A stretch of 64,000 bases of DNA from Gammaproteobacteria bacterium (GCA_965221695.1 OZ244905.1:1344001-1408000); one strand, 5' to 3'. Shown: positions 8,905 through 19,110, counted from the first letter of the stretch. Numbers and translations are program-made. Notes: generated by a model not told the origin, from the letters alone.

Positions 8905-11211
8905 TCAGAAGCTGTACCTGGCCTCCCCGCCCCAGATCCTCGGCTGGTTGACGTAGCCCAGGTTGTTGGCAAAGTCGATGCCGCCGATGGGATTATGCTC
9001 GTTGGTGATATTGCGGGCAAACAGGCCAATCTCGAAGTTTCTTACCGTGTCCCGGTAGCCCACTCTCAACCCGCCTTCAAACTGGGTGCCGAATGTGAAT
9101 TCTATGCTCTCGTAAAGAAAATCGCTGGTCTTGCCTTTTAGTTTCCAGTCGCTGAACAGGTACAGTTCAGTGCCGTTTGCCAGCGGATGAGTATAGTCCA
9201 ACTCGATGTTCGCGGTCCATTTCGGCGCATGCTGGAACGGGTTGCCGTCAACGTACACATACGGTTTTCCCCTTGGGTCTAAAACGATATTACCATCGTC
9301 ATCCACTTGAGGCGGGTCCAGCGCAGTACAAAAATTGCACACTGCAATCGCCAATTCATCATCATTGATCTCCGTCTTGTTATAACCAAACCCACCGGAA
9401 AGGATGAGATTCTCCGTAACAGCAAAATCAATGTCTAACTCAACACCGTAACCGACGCCTTCATCAGCATTTGTCAGGGTCGTTCTGTTATCAACTCCTC
9501 CAACAAAAACCAACTGTATGTCATCGACTTCATAGTAAAAGGCCGCCATGTTCAACCTGACTTTATCAAACAATGCCTTGTAGCCGATCTCGTAAGACGT
9601 CATGGTCTCGGAGTCGGTGATCGTAATTTCAGGATCGTCCTCAAGGCGATCCGCTACTGTAGGCGCTCGGAAACCGGATGCCGCCCGTACATAGACCTGG
9701 GCATTATCGCCTAACGCACGCGCCAGCGATATGTTCCAACTGACTTTATCGTCCTCCAGGCTGATCGGATCCAAAGGGACCAATACACCATTATTGTCAG
9801 CACGGAAATGTTGCGCGTCTTTCTCATCATCGGTATAGCGTATTCCTGCGGTAAATGTCGCATGCTCGGTGATGCCGAAATCGCCCTGCGCAAACAGAGC
9901 CCAGGTCGTGTTCTCGATATCGGAAATATTGCCCACGATGAAATCAGTAGCAGCGGCGGTTTGACCTTGCGAGACGCTCTTCAAGTCATCTTCGAAGTAG
10001 AAAGCGCCAAACTGGTAGTTAAACGGGCCATCCAGATTGCTGGCGATGCGTATTTCCTGCGTGATCTGCTCTATGGTCTGGTCGCCGCCGGTATCCACGT
10101 CAACGACGAAAGGCGAAGCAGCGGGATTGAAAGGCGTGCTCGGCGGGCCAAACGGACCAAACGGCCCCTCCGCTACATCTCCACAAGCAAACTGTAATAG
10201 ACAACCATACCCGCCGTCAATGTCACCCCGAGCAAAACGGTCATAGATATCCTGGTAAGACGTAATCGAGGTAATCGTATGGTCGTTCACGTCCCAGTCC
10301 ATTTTCAGGGTTACGCCGAAACTTTTTATTTTTGCCGGGTTGTTGTCGCCGCCGTCGAACCATACCGTGTCGCGTTTATAGTTGTCATTCAGCTTGTTGC
10401 TGCCCTGGTCAAACACATTGGCGCGGAACAGCGAAGCGGAATTACCGCCCTGGTCCTGGTGCTGGTACAGCAGCAACGCGCTGAAATCATCAGTGGGTGT
10501 CCACAACAACTGGGCGCGCCCGGCAAAGATATCGAACCCGCCCATCGCGTCGTTTTCACCAGTGTAGCCGTTATTGACCCAGTCCGAGCGATGCTGGGTA
10601 ATAAACGACAGCCGGCCCATCAAGGTGTTCTCCACCAGTGTGCCGCCGATTGCGCCTTCCACGTTTATCGTCCCCTTATTGCCGCCGGAAGCCTTGACAT
10701 AGCCTTCCGTTTCCTCGGTGGGACGGCGTGAATCGAACTTGATGATGCCCGCCGTGGTGTTGCGACCAAACAACGTGCCCTGGGGGCCGCGGATGACCTC
10801 CACATCGTCAATGTCGAAGATGGGAAATGACTTGAGAGAAGGTTTTTCCATCACCACTTCGTCAAACACGATCAACACCGGTTGCGATGCGGCTGCGGTA
10901 AAGTCGGGATTGCCCAGTCCGCGCATGTAGAAACGCGGCGACAAGCGACCATTGGAGCTTTCTACATGCAATCCCGGCACCGTGCTGGCCAGCGCCAGGA
11001 TGTCTTCCCCTCCGGTGAATTTGGATTCGAGTCTTTGACCGGAAAGCCTGGAAATTGAAATTGGCACATCCTGGATGTTCTCCTCGCGTTTTTGCGCGGT
11101 CACTACGATTTCCTCAAGCACTGTCTGGGCATGAGACGGCATGGCGAGGATACATATCAGGGCAAAAAGGCCCAAGTTGGGAAAGTATCTGTTGATTCTC
11201 GGATTGACCAT
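8905..11211 (-). CDS. TonB-dependent receptor
   Basis: Signal peptide, LEEIVVTAQKRE, plug motif VEVIRGPQGTLFGRN and C-terminal Phe (ARYSF). Confidence 0.93.
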   Translation of the reverse strand: MVNPRINRYFPNLGLFALICILAMPSHAQTVLEEIVVTAQKREENIQDVPISISRLSGQRLESKFTGGEDILALASTVPGLHVESSNGRLSPRFYMRGLGNPDFTAAASQPVLIVFDEVVMEKPSLKSFPIFDIDDVEVIRGPQGTLFGRNTTAGIIKFDSRRPTEETEGYVKASGGNKGTINVEGAIGGTLVENTLMGRLSFITQHRSDWVNNGYTGENDAMGGFDIFAGRAQLLWTPTDDFSALLLYQHQDQGGNSASLFRANVFDQGSNKLNDNYKRDTVWFDGGDNNPAKIKSFGVTLKMDWDVNDHTITSITSYQDIYDRFARGDIDGGYGCLLQFACGDVAEGPFGPFGPPSTPFNPAASPFVVDVDTGGDQTIEQITQEIRIASNLDGPFNYQFGAFYFEDDLKSVSQGQTAAATDFIVGNISDIENTTWALFAQGDFGITEHATFTAGIRYTDDEKDAQHFRADNNGVLVPLDPISLEDDKVSWNISLARALGDNAQVYVRAASGFRAPTVADRLEDDPEITITDSETMTSYEIGYKALFDKVRLNMAAFYYEVDDIQLVFVGGVDNRTTLTNADEGVGYGVELDIDFAVTENLILSGGFGYNKTEINDDELAIAVCNFCTALDPPQVDDDGNIVLDPRGKPYVYVDGNPFQHAPKWTANIELDYTHPLANGTELYLFSDWKLKGKTSDFLYESIEFTFGTQFEGGLRVGYRDTVRNFEIGLFARNITNEHNPIGGIDFANNLGYVNQPRIWGGEARYSF

Positions 11212-11230
11212 TCTTCTTCTCCTGGCGCAG

Positions 11231-11263
11231 TAAAGAAACCGCTGATGAAGTCAGGGTTCCCTA
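11231..11263 (-). repeat. Short degenerate copy of MITE-like family R1
   Basis: The reverse complement TAGGGAACCCTGACTTCATCAGCGGTTTCTTTA matches TAGGAACCTCTGACTTAATCAGAGGTTCCTTA at 20555-20586. Confidence 0.6.
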
Positions 11264-11380
11264 AATTTTATTGACATTTTGTTCTTGTGGATTTTATACC
11301 ATTATTGTCGCATTGTGAATACTAAATGGCTCTGCACGCCCCGACTGCATGTAACTATTGACCTAGACCGGGGTATTCCG

Positions 11381-11464
11381 CCGTAGCACTCCCGCAACAG
11401 CGGAAGTCCAGTCTATTACTGTGTCGCCCGCAGGGCGACCCTTTGTTTTACGGGAATGGTATAT
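11381..11464 (+). repeat. dRS3-like mosaic palindromic repeat, family R2 copy A
   Basis: CTCCCGCAACAGCGGAAGTCCAG...CTGTGTCGCCCGCAGGGCGACCCTTTGTTTTA-CGGGAATGGTA, shared with 13755-13908 and 50151-50243. Confidence 0.8.
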
Positions 11465-11476
11465 GGAGTGTCTGTG

Positions 11477-12562
11477 TTACGCGGCGAGGCGCCTGCGATC
11501 CGAGAGACGAGAATCCTTGAAACTCTCAGATATCTGATCACCGTCTACCAGAATATCGGTGAGTTGATCCTTAAACGCTTGCAGGTCTTTCCACCCGGTT
11601 GCGCAATGGGCGATGCGGCCGTCTTGTTCATCCACCACGGTATAACCGTCAGCGGTGACGCGCACCGGCAAATCCTCCATAATCAGAAGCTCCAGGGAAT
11701 GCGCGGCATAGACGGCAACGGTATCGAACAAGACCGTGCTTATCAGCGCCGGGTCGGTCCCCGGTTTTATGAAAGGCGCTTGCGGCAACCAGATCTTATA
11801 ATTGTCGATCAACGCATTGAGCCAGGGATCCTCACTTTGGTATATTCGCTGATAATTCTCGCCAGCCAGCTCCACGACTCCGCAAACATCCAAAGGCAAT
11901 ATCGTGCAGTCCCAGGGCGCGGCAAATACCTGTTGCAATGCTTCGGGGTCGGATTTGACATTCCATTCTGCCGCGGGCGGCGGTTTGCCGCCATAACCCA
12001 GGCGCAGGGAACCGTGCATTCCGATAAAACGCGCATTCTCGGCGATTGACGGGTCCTGTTTCAACGCTTGTGCAATATTCGGTACCGGACCGATGCAGAT
12101 CAGGGTAATGGGCTCCGGAGATTGCTTAATCGTATCGATCAAAGCCTGTACACCATCGCGGCGCACCGGCCCCGGGTAATCTTCCAACCGGTAATCGCCT
12201 ATCCAACCGCTCTGTCCCCTCGGCTGATCCGTTTGGCCCAGGCCCACACCGATTGGAATATGCGCATGTCCGGTCAGTTCGAGCAATTTGGCGAGCAAAC
12301 GGCAGCGGTAGATAGCATTGCCGAAATCGCTGACCACCAGTTTTAGCTCGAACTGCGGCATGCGCAACAGCATTAACAATGCCCAGGTATCGTCGATATC
12401 ATCGCCAATGTCGGTATCAAGTATCACAGGTATCCTGGGGCCGGAAAAAGAAGTGTTAAGACCGGCTGCACTGCTGAACCGAAGCGGCGCAGCGGTGGCG
12501 AGGCCTGACAGCAGCGCCAGAGATTGTTGCATGAATGACCTTCTGGTCAACCTTTTAAACAT
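11477..12562 (-). CDS. Nucleoside hydrolase (IUNH family) with Tat signal
   Basis: TRRSFM twin-arginine leader, DTDIGDDIDD calcium-binding motif, IGPVPNIA and AEWNVKSDPEA. Confidence 0.85.
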   Translation of the reverse strand: MFKRLTRRSFMQQSLALLSGLATAAPLRFSSAAGLNTSFSGPRIPVILDTDIGDDIDDTWALLMLLRMPQFELKLVVSDFGNAIYRCRLLAKLLELTGHAHIPIGVGLGQTDQPRGQSGWIGDYRLEDYPGPVRRDGVQALIDTIKQSPEPITLICIGPVPNIAQALKQDPSIAENARFIGMHGSLRLGYGGKPPPAAEWNVKSDPEALQQVFAAPWDCTILPLDVCGVVELAGENYQRIYQSEDPWLNALIDNYKIWLPQAPFIKPGTDPALISTVLFDTVAVYAAHSLELLIMEDLPVRVTADGYTVVDEQDGRIAHCATGWKDLQAFKDQLTDILVDGDQISESFKDSRLSDRRRLAA

Positions 12563-12574
12563 GTTTCTTCTCCA

Positions 12575-13126
12575 TTAAACCCGCACTACGCGGCCGGTCA
12601 TAGCATCGCGGATCACGCTGGGCCTGGGGTCTCCGCCGACGTTGCCGGGGACATAACAGTCCACATCCTGACCGAAATATGCCCTGGCGCGGCGCTGGGT
12701 TCGGGCGGGCCGGCAGCCGGACGGGTTGGCACTGGTTGACACGAGCGATCCGAATCTGTCACACAGTTGCCGCACGACGGGGTGCGCGGACACCCGCACT
12801 GCCAGTGTGTCATACCGGCCCGTCAGCCAGCGCGGCGTCTCGGGTCGGGTCGGCGCCAACCAGGTGACCGGGCCAGGCCAGGAGCCGGTTATCTGGTCCA
12901 GTCCGGACAATCCGGAAAAGTCCACCAGTTCTGTTAACTGTTCCGGCTCTGAAGCGATGACGATCAGTCCCTTGTCGACCGAGCGCCGTTTCAAGCGCAG
13001 GATTTTCAATGTTGCCGCTTCATTCCAGGGGTCACAGCCAAGCCCCATCACCGCCTCTGTGGGATAAGCGATGACGCCGCCATGTTCCAGGACCCGGCAG
13101 GCTGCGCTGACTTGGCCGCCCTCCAA
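12575..13126 (-). CDS. tsaC: L-threonylcarbamoyladenylate synthase (YrdC/Sua5)
   Basis: IAYPTEAVMGLGCDP, LKRR...KGLI, WPGPVT and STSANPSG, in conserved context next to purE-topA-dprA. Confidence 0.93.
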   Translation of the reverse strand: MEGGQVSAACRVLEHGGVIAYPTEAVMGLGCDPWNEAATLKILRLKRRSVDKGLIVIASEPEQLTELVDFSGLSGLDQITGSWPGPVTWLAPTRPETPRWLTGRYDTLAVRVSAHPVVRQLCDRFGSLVSTSANPSGCRPARTQRRARAYFGQDVDCYVPGNVGGDPRPSVIRDAMTGRVVRV

Positions 13127-13132
13127 GTTGAC

Positions 13133-13645
13133 TTATCCGGCCAGTTGCTCCTGCAATGCCGCATCCTTGGCCTGGACTGAGCGGGTCATCTGCTCGCGTT
13201 CAGCGCGGATGGCAGCGGCAAGCTCCGCGTCCTGTAGTGCAAGGATCTGCGCGGCCAGGTAGGCTGCATTCTTCGCGCCCGCCTTGCCGATGGCAACGGT
13301 CCCGACCGGGATACCTCCAGGCATTTGCACGGTTGCCAGCAGCGCATCCATACCGCTTAACGGACCGGCGTCCAGGGGCACGCCGATGACCGGCCTCGTG
13401 GTAGTGGCAGCCACCGCGCCGGCCAGGTGTGCGGCCAGTCCCGCGGCAGCGATGAATACCGCACAACCGCGCGCCTCCGCATCCTTGATATACCCCTTGG
13501 TCGCCTCCGGCGTGCGATGTGCCGAGGTGATCTTGACTTCTCTGGGAATGGAAAAACTGTCCAGCGTCTCAATAGTCGAACGCATTACCGGCAAGTCGGA
13601 ATCCGACCCCATTAAAATTGCTACAAACGGTTTGTTTTCATTCAT
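13133..13645 (-). CDS. purE: N5-CAIR mutase
   Basis: MGSDSDLP, SAHRTP, AGLAAHLAG and VQMPGGIPV. Confidence 0.97.
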   Translation of the reverse strand: MNENKPFVAILMGSDSDLPVMRSTIETLDSFSIPREVKITSAHRTPEATKGYIKDAEARGCAVFIAAAGLAAHLAGAVAATTTRPVIGVPLDAGPLSGMDALLATVQMPGGIPVGTVAIGKAGAKNAAYLAAQILALQDAELAAAIRAEREQMTRSVQAKDAALQEQLAG

Positions 13646-13754
13646 TTTTATTTCTCATATTAAACACTCGTAATCAGGAATCTGCGCAAGCATATAACTG
13701 TTGGTAATGAGGGCATTTCTCCGTACCTCTCCTCAACAGATAGGCTCCCGTCAA

Positions 13755-13908
13755 ATTCTGTGTCGCCCGAAGGGCGACCCTTTGTTCCACTGGATTCCCG
13801 TTTTCACGGGAATGGGAGGGGGGGCGCTTGCATGAGCGCAGCCGCCGTACCACTCCCGCGAAAGCGGGAGTCCAGTCATATTCTGTGTCGCCCGAAGGGC
13901 GACCCTTT
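13755..13908 (+). repeat. dRS3-like mosaic repeat, family R2, two partial units
   Basis: ATTCTGTGTCGCCCGAAGGGCGACCCTTT occurs twice, together with CTGGATTCCCGTTTTCACGGGAATGG and CCACTCCCGCGAAAGCGGGAGTCCAG. Confidence 0.85.
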
Positions 13909-16267
13909 ATTTACGGCGCCTGCGTCCTGCCGGCGCCGCGGCGATTAAATCCTGGCATTCCTGCAGGGTCAGGTCCTGCGGTTGCCTGTCCTTTGGTATC
14001 TTTGCATTCTTTTTCCCATCCGTGATATACGGCCCGTAGCGCCCGTTGAGGATGGATATACCCTCTTTTTCAAATACCTTGATATATTTTGCAGCATCCG
14101 CGGCCTTCTTTTCCCGCACCAGTTCCAGCGCTCGCGGCAAATCAATCGTATAAGGATCATCGTCTTTTTGCAATGAAGCGAAACTGTTGTCATAACGCAC
14201 ATAGGGACCATAACGGCCAATGTTGACGCTGATCTTCTCGCCCTCTTCGGAAACGCCCAGCTCCCGCGGCAATTTAAACAGTTCCAGCGCCTGTTCCAGA
14301 CCGATGGTATCCATGCGCTGGTCAGGCAACAGGCTGGCAAACTTCGGGGCCTCCTCGTCATCCCTGGCGCCGATTTGCACGAACGGCCCATAACGCCCCA
14401 TGCGCACCGTAACCGGCCTCCCGCTGGCCGGATCATTGCCCAGGCTGCGCGGGCTCACTGCTTCACTGCGGCTGACTCCCCCTTCCTTGTCTTTCACCCG
14501 CGCCGAGAACGGGTCCCAAAACTCCCGCATCAACGGGATCCATTCCTTCTCGCCCCGGGATACGGCATCGAGTTCATCTTCCAGCCTGGCGGTGAAGTCG
14601 TAATCGACATAACTGTCGAAATGCTCGGTCAGGAACCGGTTCACGACGCGCCCCACATCGGTGGGGACGAAGCGTTTTTTCACCATCTCCACGTATTCGC
14701 GGTTGCGCAGGGTCGAAATAATGGCGGCATAGGTCGATGGACGGCCGATACCGTATTCTTCGAGGGACTTGACCAGGGTCGCTTCGGAATAACGCGGTGG
14801 CGGTTCGGTAAAATGCTGCTCAGGCCGTATTTTCAATAATCCCACTGCGTCGCCGGCTTGCATCTGGGGCAATTTCCCCAGGGCGCCGTCATTTCCCTGC
14901 CCCGTCTTGCGGTCGTCGTCTCCTTCGGTATAGAGAACCATGAAACCTTTCTCGACGATGGTGGAACCGTTGGCTCGCATTATATTGCCGGTACCACAGG
15001 CCAGATCGACTGCAACGGTGTCGAAAATCGCCTCGGCCATCTGGCTTGCCAGCGCCCGTTTCCAGATCAACTCATACAGCCTGAACTGGTCTTTGGACAG
15101 TTTCGAGCGGATTTCTTCGGGCACGCGACTCACGGAAGTCGGCCGGATCGCCTCGTGCGCCTCCTGGGCATTTTTCGACTTGGTGCGGTAGCGGCGCGGC
15201 TGTTCGGGCAGGTAGTCGGCGCCGAATTTACTGTCTATGAACGCGCGCATTTCATTGATCGCTTCCGCTGCCAGGCTGACCGAGTCGGTCCTCATGTAGG
15301 TAATCAGGCCGACGGCGCCCGAGCCGGTATCTATACCCTCGTATAATTGTTGCGCCACGCGCATGGCCTGCTGTGCGCTGAAACCGAGCTTGCGCACGGC
15401 CTCCTGCTGCAGCGTGGAAGTGATGAATGGCGGAGCCGGCTGGCGCTTGCGCTGTTTACGGTCGACCTTGCTGACGATAAGCGCGCCGTTGCCTTGTGTT
15501 CCCTGCCCGGCTTCATTGAGTTGCGCTGCGGCATGAGTTTCCAACGCTCCGGTTACTTCCCGAGCCCGTTTCTCATCCGTGATGGTGAACTGCTCGACCT
15601 TCTTATCCTCATAACGAATCAGCCGGGCTATAAACTCCGTTCCCGCGCGCGCCAGGTCCGCCTCGATTGTCCAGTATTCACGAGTCTTGAACTGTTCTAT
15701 TTCCTCTTCGCGCTCGACGATCATCCGCAGGGCGGGGCTCTGCACCCGTCCGGCGGAGAGCCCCCTGCGAATCTTCTTCCATAACAACGGGGACAGGTTG
15801 AAACCTACCAGGTAGTCCAGGGCGCGCCTTGCCTGTTGGGCGTTAATCAGGTCCCACGACAGTTCGCCGGGATTATTGATCGCGTTTAATACCGCATCCC
15901 GGGTGACTTCATGAAACACCACGCGCTTTACTTCTTTCTGTCGTAGCGCGCCGCGCTCCTTGAGCAGTTCATACAGATGCCAGGATATGGCTTCGCCTTC
16001 CCTGTCCGGGTCTGTAGCCAAGTAAAGAATGTCTGATTTCTTCAATGCGCGGACGATAGCGTCCACGGAGCGGGCGTTTTTATCGATGATTTCATAGCGC
16101 ATCGCAAATTCCCTTTCCGGTTCCACTGCGCCGGATTTCGGCAACAGGTCGCGCACATGGCCGTTGGACGCCATCACGCTGTACCCGTCGCCCAGGTAAC
16201 GATTTAAGGTTCTTGCCTTTGCGGGCGATTCAACGATTACTAATGCTGAGGTCATAGTTGTTTTCAC
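13907..16267 (-). CDS. topA: DNA topoisomerase I
   Basis: LVIVESPAKA, LATDPDREGEAI, SAGRVQSP, LITYMRTDS (catalytic Tyr) and GIGRPSTY. The C-terminus has GRYGP repeats. Confidence 0.97.
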   Translation of the reverse strand: MKTTMTSALVIVESPAKARTLNRYLGDGYSVMASNGHVRDLLPKSGAVEPEREFAMRYEIIDKNARSVDAIVRALKKSDILYLATDPDREGEAISWHLYELLKERGALRQKEVKRVVFHEVTRDAVLNAINNPGELSWDLINAQQARRALDYLVGFNLSPLLWKKIRRGLSAGRVQSPALRMIVEREEEIEQFKTREYWTIEADLARAGTEFIARLIRYEDKKVEQFTITDEKRAREVTGALETHAAAQLNEAGQGTQGNGALIVSKVDRKQRKRQPAPPFITSTLQQEAVRKLGFSAQQAMRVAQQLYEGIDTGSGAVGLITYMRTDSVSLAAEAINEMRAFIDSKFGADYLPEQPRRYRTKSKNAQEAHEAIRPTSVSRVPEEIRSKLSKDQFRLYELIWKRALASQMAEAIFDTVAVDLACGTGNIMRANGSTIVEKGFMVLYTEGDDDRKTGQGNDGALGKLPQMQAGDAVGLLKIRPEQHFTEPPPRYSEATLVKSLEEYGIGRPSTYAAIISTLRNREYVEMVKKRFVPTDVGRVVNRFLTEHFDSYVDYDFTARLEDELDAVSRGEKEWIPLMREFWDPFSARVKDKEGGVSRSEAVSPRSLGNDPASGRPVTVRMGRYGPFVQIGARDDEEAPKFASLLPDQRMDTIGLEQALELFKLPRELGVSEEGEKISVNIGRYGPYVRYDNSFASLQKDDDPYTIDLPRALELVREKKAADAAKYIKVFEKEGISILNGRYGPYITDGKKNAKIPKDRQPQDLTLQECQDLIAAAPAGRRRRK

Positions 16268-16280
16268 ACCTTTTTTATTC

Positions 16281-16311
16281 TAAGGAAGCTCTGACTTAAT
16301 CAGCGCTTCCC
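16281..16311 (+). repeat. Short hairpin copy of family R1
   Basis: TAAGGAAGCTCTGACTTAATCAGCGCTTCCC between dprA and topA. Confidence 0.75.
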
Positions 16312-16356
16312 CAACTCCGCCGGCTGCTCTCTCAGTTTAAGGAAGGCCGGCGTTGA

Positions 16357-17490
16357 CTATGACGGTTTTTGTTGCGCACGGGCATACTTGCCCGGCGCAA
16401 CCGCCGTGATCAACCCCTCCAGTTCCAGGTTCAACAGTTTTCCCGTAATACTCTCCACCGCGAGTCCGGTTATGTCCACGATTTCATCCAGACCTGTCGG
16501 GTCGTATCCTATATTATCAAGCACGGCTTTTTCTCGTTCGTCAAGTGAATTGATCATTTTGGCCTGCGCCGCAAGGTCTACCTGAGAGGACTCTTTAAGA
16601 TTCTCGAACCGGCCAAGAATGCCTGTAATATCTTCTACCCGTTCCGCCAGTCCAGCGCCTTCGCGCAACAGGCCGTGGCAACCTTGTTTCATAGGATTCC
16701 TGATGGACCCGGGCACAGCAAACACTTCCCTGTTCTGTTCCAGGGCATGTCTTGCCGTGATTAGCGAACCGCTTTTGCGAGCGGCCTCTACCACCAGGAC
16801 CGCATCGCACAGGCCGCTTATGATCCTGTTACGACGGGGAAAGTTGGCGGGAAACGGCCGCCGGTTTAACGGAAATTCAGACACCAGGGCCCCACTTTCG
16901 CTAATCCTGCCCGCCAGCTCAGCATTGGACTCCGGATAGATGCAATTCAGCCCGCTACCCAACACCGCCACGGTCCTGCCTTGTTGCCTCAACGAGCCTC
17001 TGTGCGCTTCCGTATCAATACCCCGGGCCAACCCACTGGTCACCGTGATCCCCTGCCTGGCCAGTTCTCCGGCAAAATACCGGGCATCCCTGCGACCATC
17101 CATGGTAGGCTTGCGCCCGCCGACAACGGCGACCTGGCATCCCGACAGAATGTCCGGGTCTCCCTGCACAAACAGACACAACGGCGGAGCCGAAATCTGT
17201 TTCAACAAGGAAGGATAACGCGGGCTGTCGATCGGGATAAGGTGATAGTCCGGATGTTCGAGAGACAGGATTTCGCGGTCGATTTCTTGCGCATCAGGGT
17301 TTTGCAGGGCTTTAAAAACAGCCCTTGGCAAATGCACGCGCTGGATTGCCCCGGTCTTGACCGCATCCACTACGGCCTGCGCGGTTCCAAAGTCCTCCAG
17401 CAAATAAGACAAGTCATGTTCTGCCGCGGCCGCGGCATGCAAAAGCGCCAACCAGGCATAGCGTCGGGAATACTCTGAAGCCTCGTCCAT
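16357..17490 (-). CDS. dprA: DNA-processing protein DprA
   Basis: VTSGLARGIDTEAH, FPRRNRIISG, VVEAARKSGSLITA and REVFAVPGSI. Confidence 0.96.
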   Translation of the reverse strand: MDEASEYSRRYAWLALLHAAAAAEHDLSYLLEDFGTAQAVVDAVKTGAIQRVHLPRAVFKALQNPDAQEIDREILSLEHPDYHLIPIDSPRYPSLLKQISAPPLCLFVQGDPDILSGCQVAVVGGRKPTMDGRRDARYFAGELARQGITVTSGLARGIDTEAHRGSLRQQGRTVAVLGSGLNCIYPESNAELAGRISESGALVSEFPLNRRPFPANFPRRNRIISGLCDAVLVVEAARKSGSLITARHALEQNREVFAVPGSIRNPMKQGCHGLLREGAGLAERVEDITGILGRFENLKESSQVDLAAQAKMINSLDEREKAVLDNIGYDPTGLDEIVDITGLAVESITGKLLNLELEGLITAVAPGKYARAQQKPS

Positions 17491-17680
17491 GATGATGTTC
17501 TCTTATCTCCTCCCTGACACGTTAAAAAATCTCGGTGGTTGCCTGTTCAGGCATTCAATGTGGGATGGCTGAGAGTTTAGCTCCCCATGCGAGGTGAGTC
17601 AACCGCCATTACGGCATTGCTTATGATATTTTTTCATGGATAATGGTAGAGAGTTTAACCAGGACACGAGCAGGCATTCG

Positions 17681-18187
17681 ATGTCAAGATTAACCGTACT
17701 ACATTATCCCGACCCCCGGTTGCGCAAGCAGGCGCGGCCCGTTGCTGCCGTAGATTCGCAAGTCAGGGAGCTGTCCCGGGACATGCTGGAAACCATGTAC
17801 GCGGAAAACGGCATCGGCCTGGCTGCCACCCAGGTGAATGTGCAACAACGGGTCGTGGTCATGGACCTCTCGGCAGAGAAAAATGAACCCGTAACCCTGG
17901 TCAACCCGGAAATCCTGCACAAGACCGGCACGGAGGAAATGGAGGAAGGCTGCCTGTCGGTGCCCGGATTTACCGACCTGGTGCAACGGGCGGAACAAAT
18001 TTCCTATCGTTACCTCAACCTGGACGGTGAGGAAATCGAGGCGGAGGCTGATGGTCTGCGCGCAGTCTGTATCCAGCATGAAATCGATCATCTCGACGGA
18101 AAACTGTTTATCGATTACCTGTCTTCGATTAAACGGCAGCGCGTGCGCAAGAAAATAGAAAAGCAGAGCAAGCTCCGCGTCTTGTGA
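17681..18187 (+). CDS. def: Peptide deformylase
   Basis: GIGLAATQV, EGCLS and QHEIDHLDG. The start is placed at MSRLTVLHYPD. Confidence 0.97.
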   Translation: MSRLTVLHYPDPRLRKQARPVAAVDSQVRELSRDMLETMYAENGIGLAATQVNVQQRVVVMDLSAEKNEPVTLVNPEILHKTGTEEMEEGCLSVPGFTDLVQRAEQISYRYLNLDGEEIEAEADGLRAVCIQHEIDHLDGKLFIDYLSSIKRQRVRKKIEKQSKLRVL

Positions 18188-19110
18188 ACCTATCCTTTGC
18201 CGGTACGCCCGATTTCGCGGCAGTCATCCTGCAAGCGCTGTTCGACAGCCCGCGACACGAAATCAGGCATGTTTACACCCAGCCGGACCGACCCTCGGGG
18301 CGCGGCAGAAAGACCCGTCCGAGTCCGGTCAAGCAGCTTGCCCAACAATATGCGATACCGGTCAAACAGCCTGCGACCCGAACTGAACTCACGCAGGACA
18401 CCGACTTGGCTGATATCGACGCGCTGATCGTCGTCGCCTTTGGCCTGATTGTTCCTGAACCGGTTCTGTCCCGCCCGCGTCATGGATGCATCAACGTGCA
18501 TGCGTCGCTGTTGCCCAGGTGGCGCGGCGCGGCGCCCATCCAGCGGGCGATCCAAGCGGGTGACCGGGAAACCGGCATTTCAATCATGGTCATGGACAGC
18601 GGCATTGATACCGGTATGATCCTGTCGCAGCAGGCCTGCGAAATCGGCGACGCTGACACCGCCCTCTCCCTGTCGGAACGGTTGGCAACGCTGGGAAGTG
18701 AATGCCTGCTCGAAACCCTGGAGAGCCTGGAGACAGGCGACGCCAATCCGCAGGCGCAGGATGATAGCCTGGCGTGCTATGCCGGTAAAATCAGCAAGCA
18801 GGAGGCGGAAATCGACTGGAATACGCCAGCGGATCAAATCGCGCGCAACATCCGCGCCTTCAACCCGGCGCCGGCTGCCCATTGCTGTCTGAACGGTATC
18901 AGGATTCGGGTCTGGAAAGCCCGGACATTGGCGGACGAGGCGGCGCGCGGCAATCCCGGAAACATCATCGCCTATGGGCCGGATGGCCTGGATATCTGCG
19001 CGACAGATCGGCCGTTACGCATCCACGCGTTGCAATTGGAGGGAAAGAAAAAACAGGGTATCAGGGAGATTTACAACGGTTATCCCGATCTGTTCGGAGC
19101 GCCGCAATGA
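18184..19110 (+). CDS. fmt: Methionyl-tRNA formyltransferase
   Basis: FAGTPDFA, TQPDRPSGRG and NVHASLLPRWRGAAPIQRA; overlaps the def stop. Confidence 0.97.
   Translation: MNLSFAGTPDFAAVILQALFDSPRHEIRHVYTQPDRPSGRGRKTRPSPVKQLAQQYAIPVKQPATRTELTQDTDLADIDALIVVAFGLIVPEPVLSRPRHGCINVHASLLPRWRGAAPIQRAIQAGDRETGISIMVMDSGIDTGMILSQQACEIGDADTALSLSERLATLGSECLLETLESLETGDANPQAQDDSLACYAGKISKQEAEIDWNTPADQIARNIRAFNPAPAAHCCLNGIRIRVWKARTLADEAARGNPGNIIAYGPDGLDICATDRPLRIHALQLEGKKKQGIREIYNGYPDLFGAPQ

Noticed and set aside
13646-13754. Purine-related riboswitch upstream of purE
   Set aside because: Only weak pairing was found, with no recognisable purine, ZTP or PRPP aptamer consensus. An Rfam scan would be decisive.
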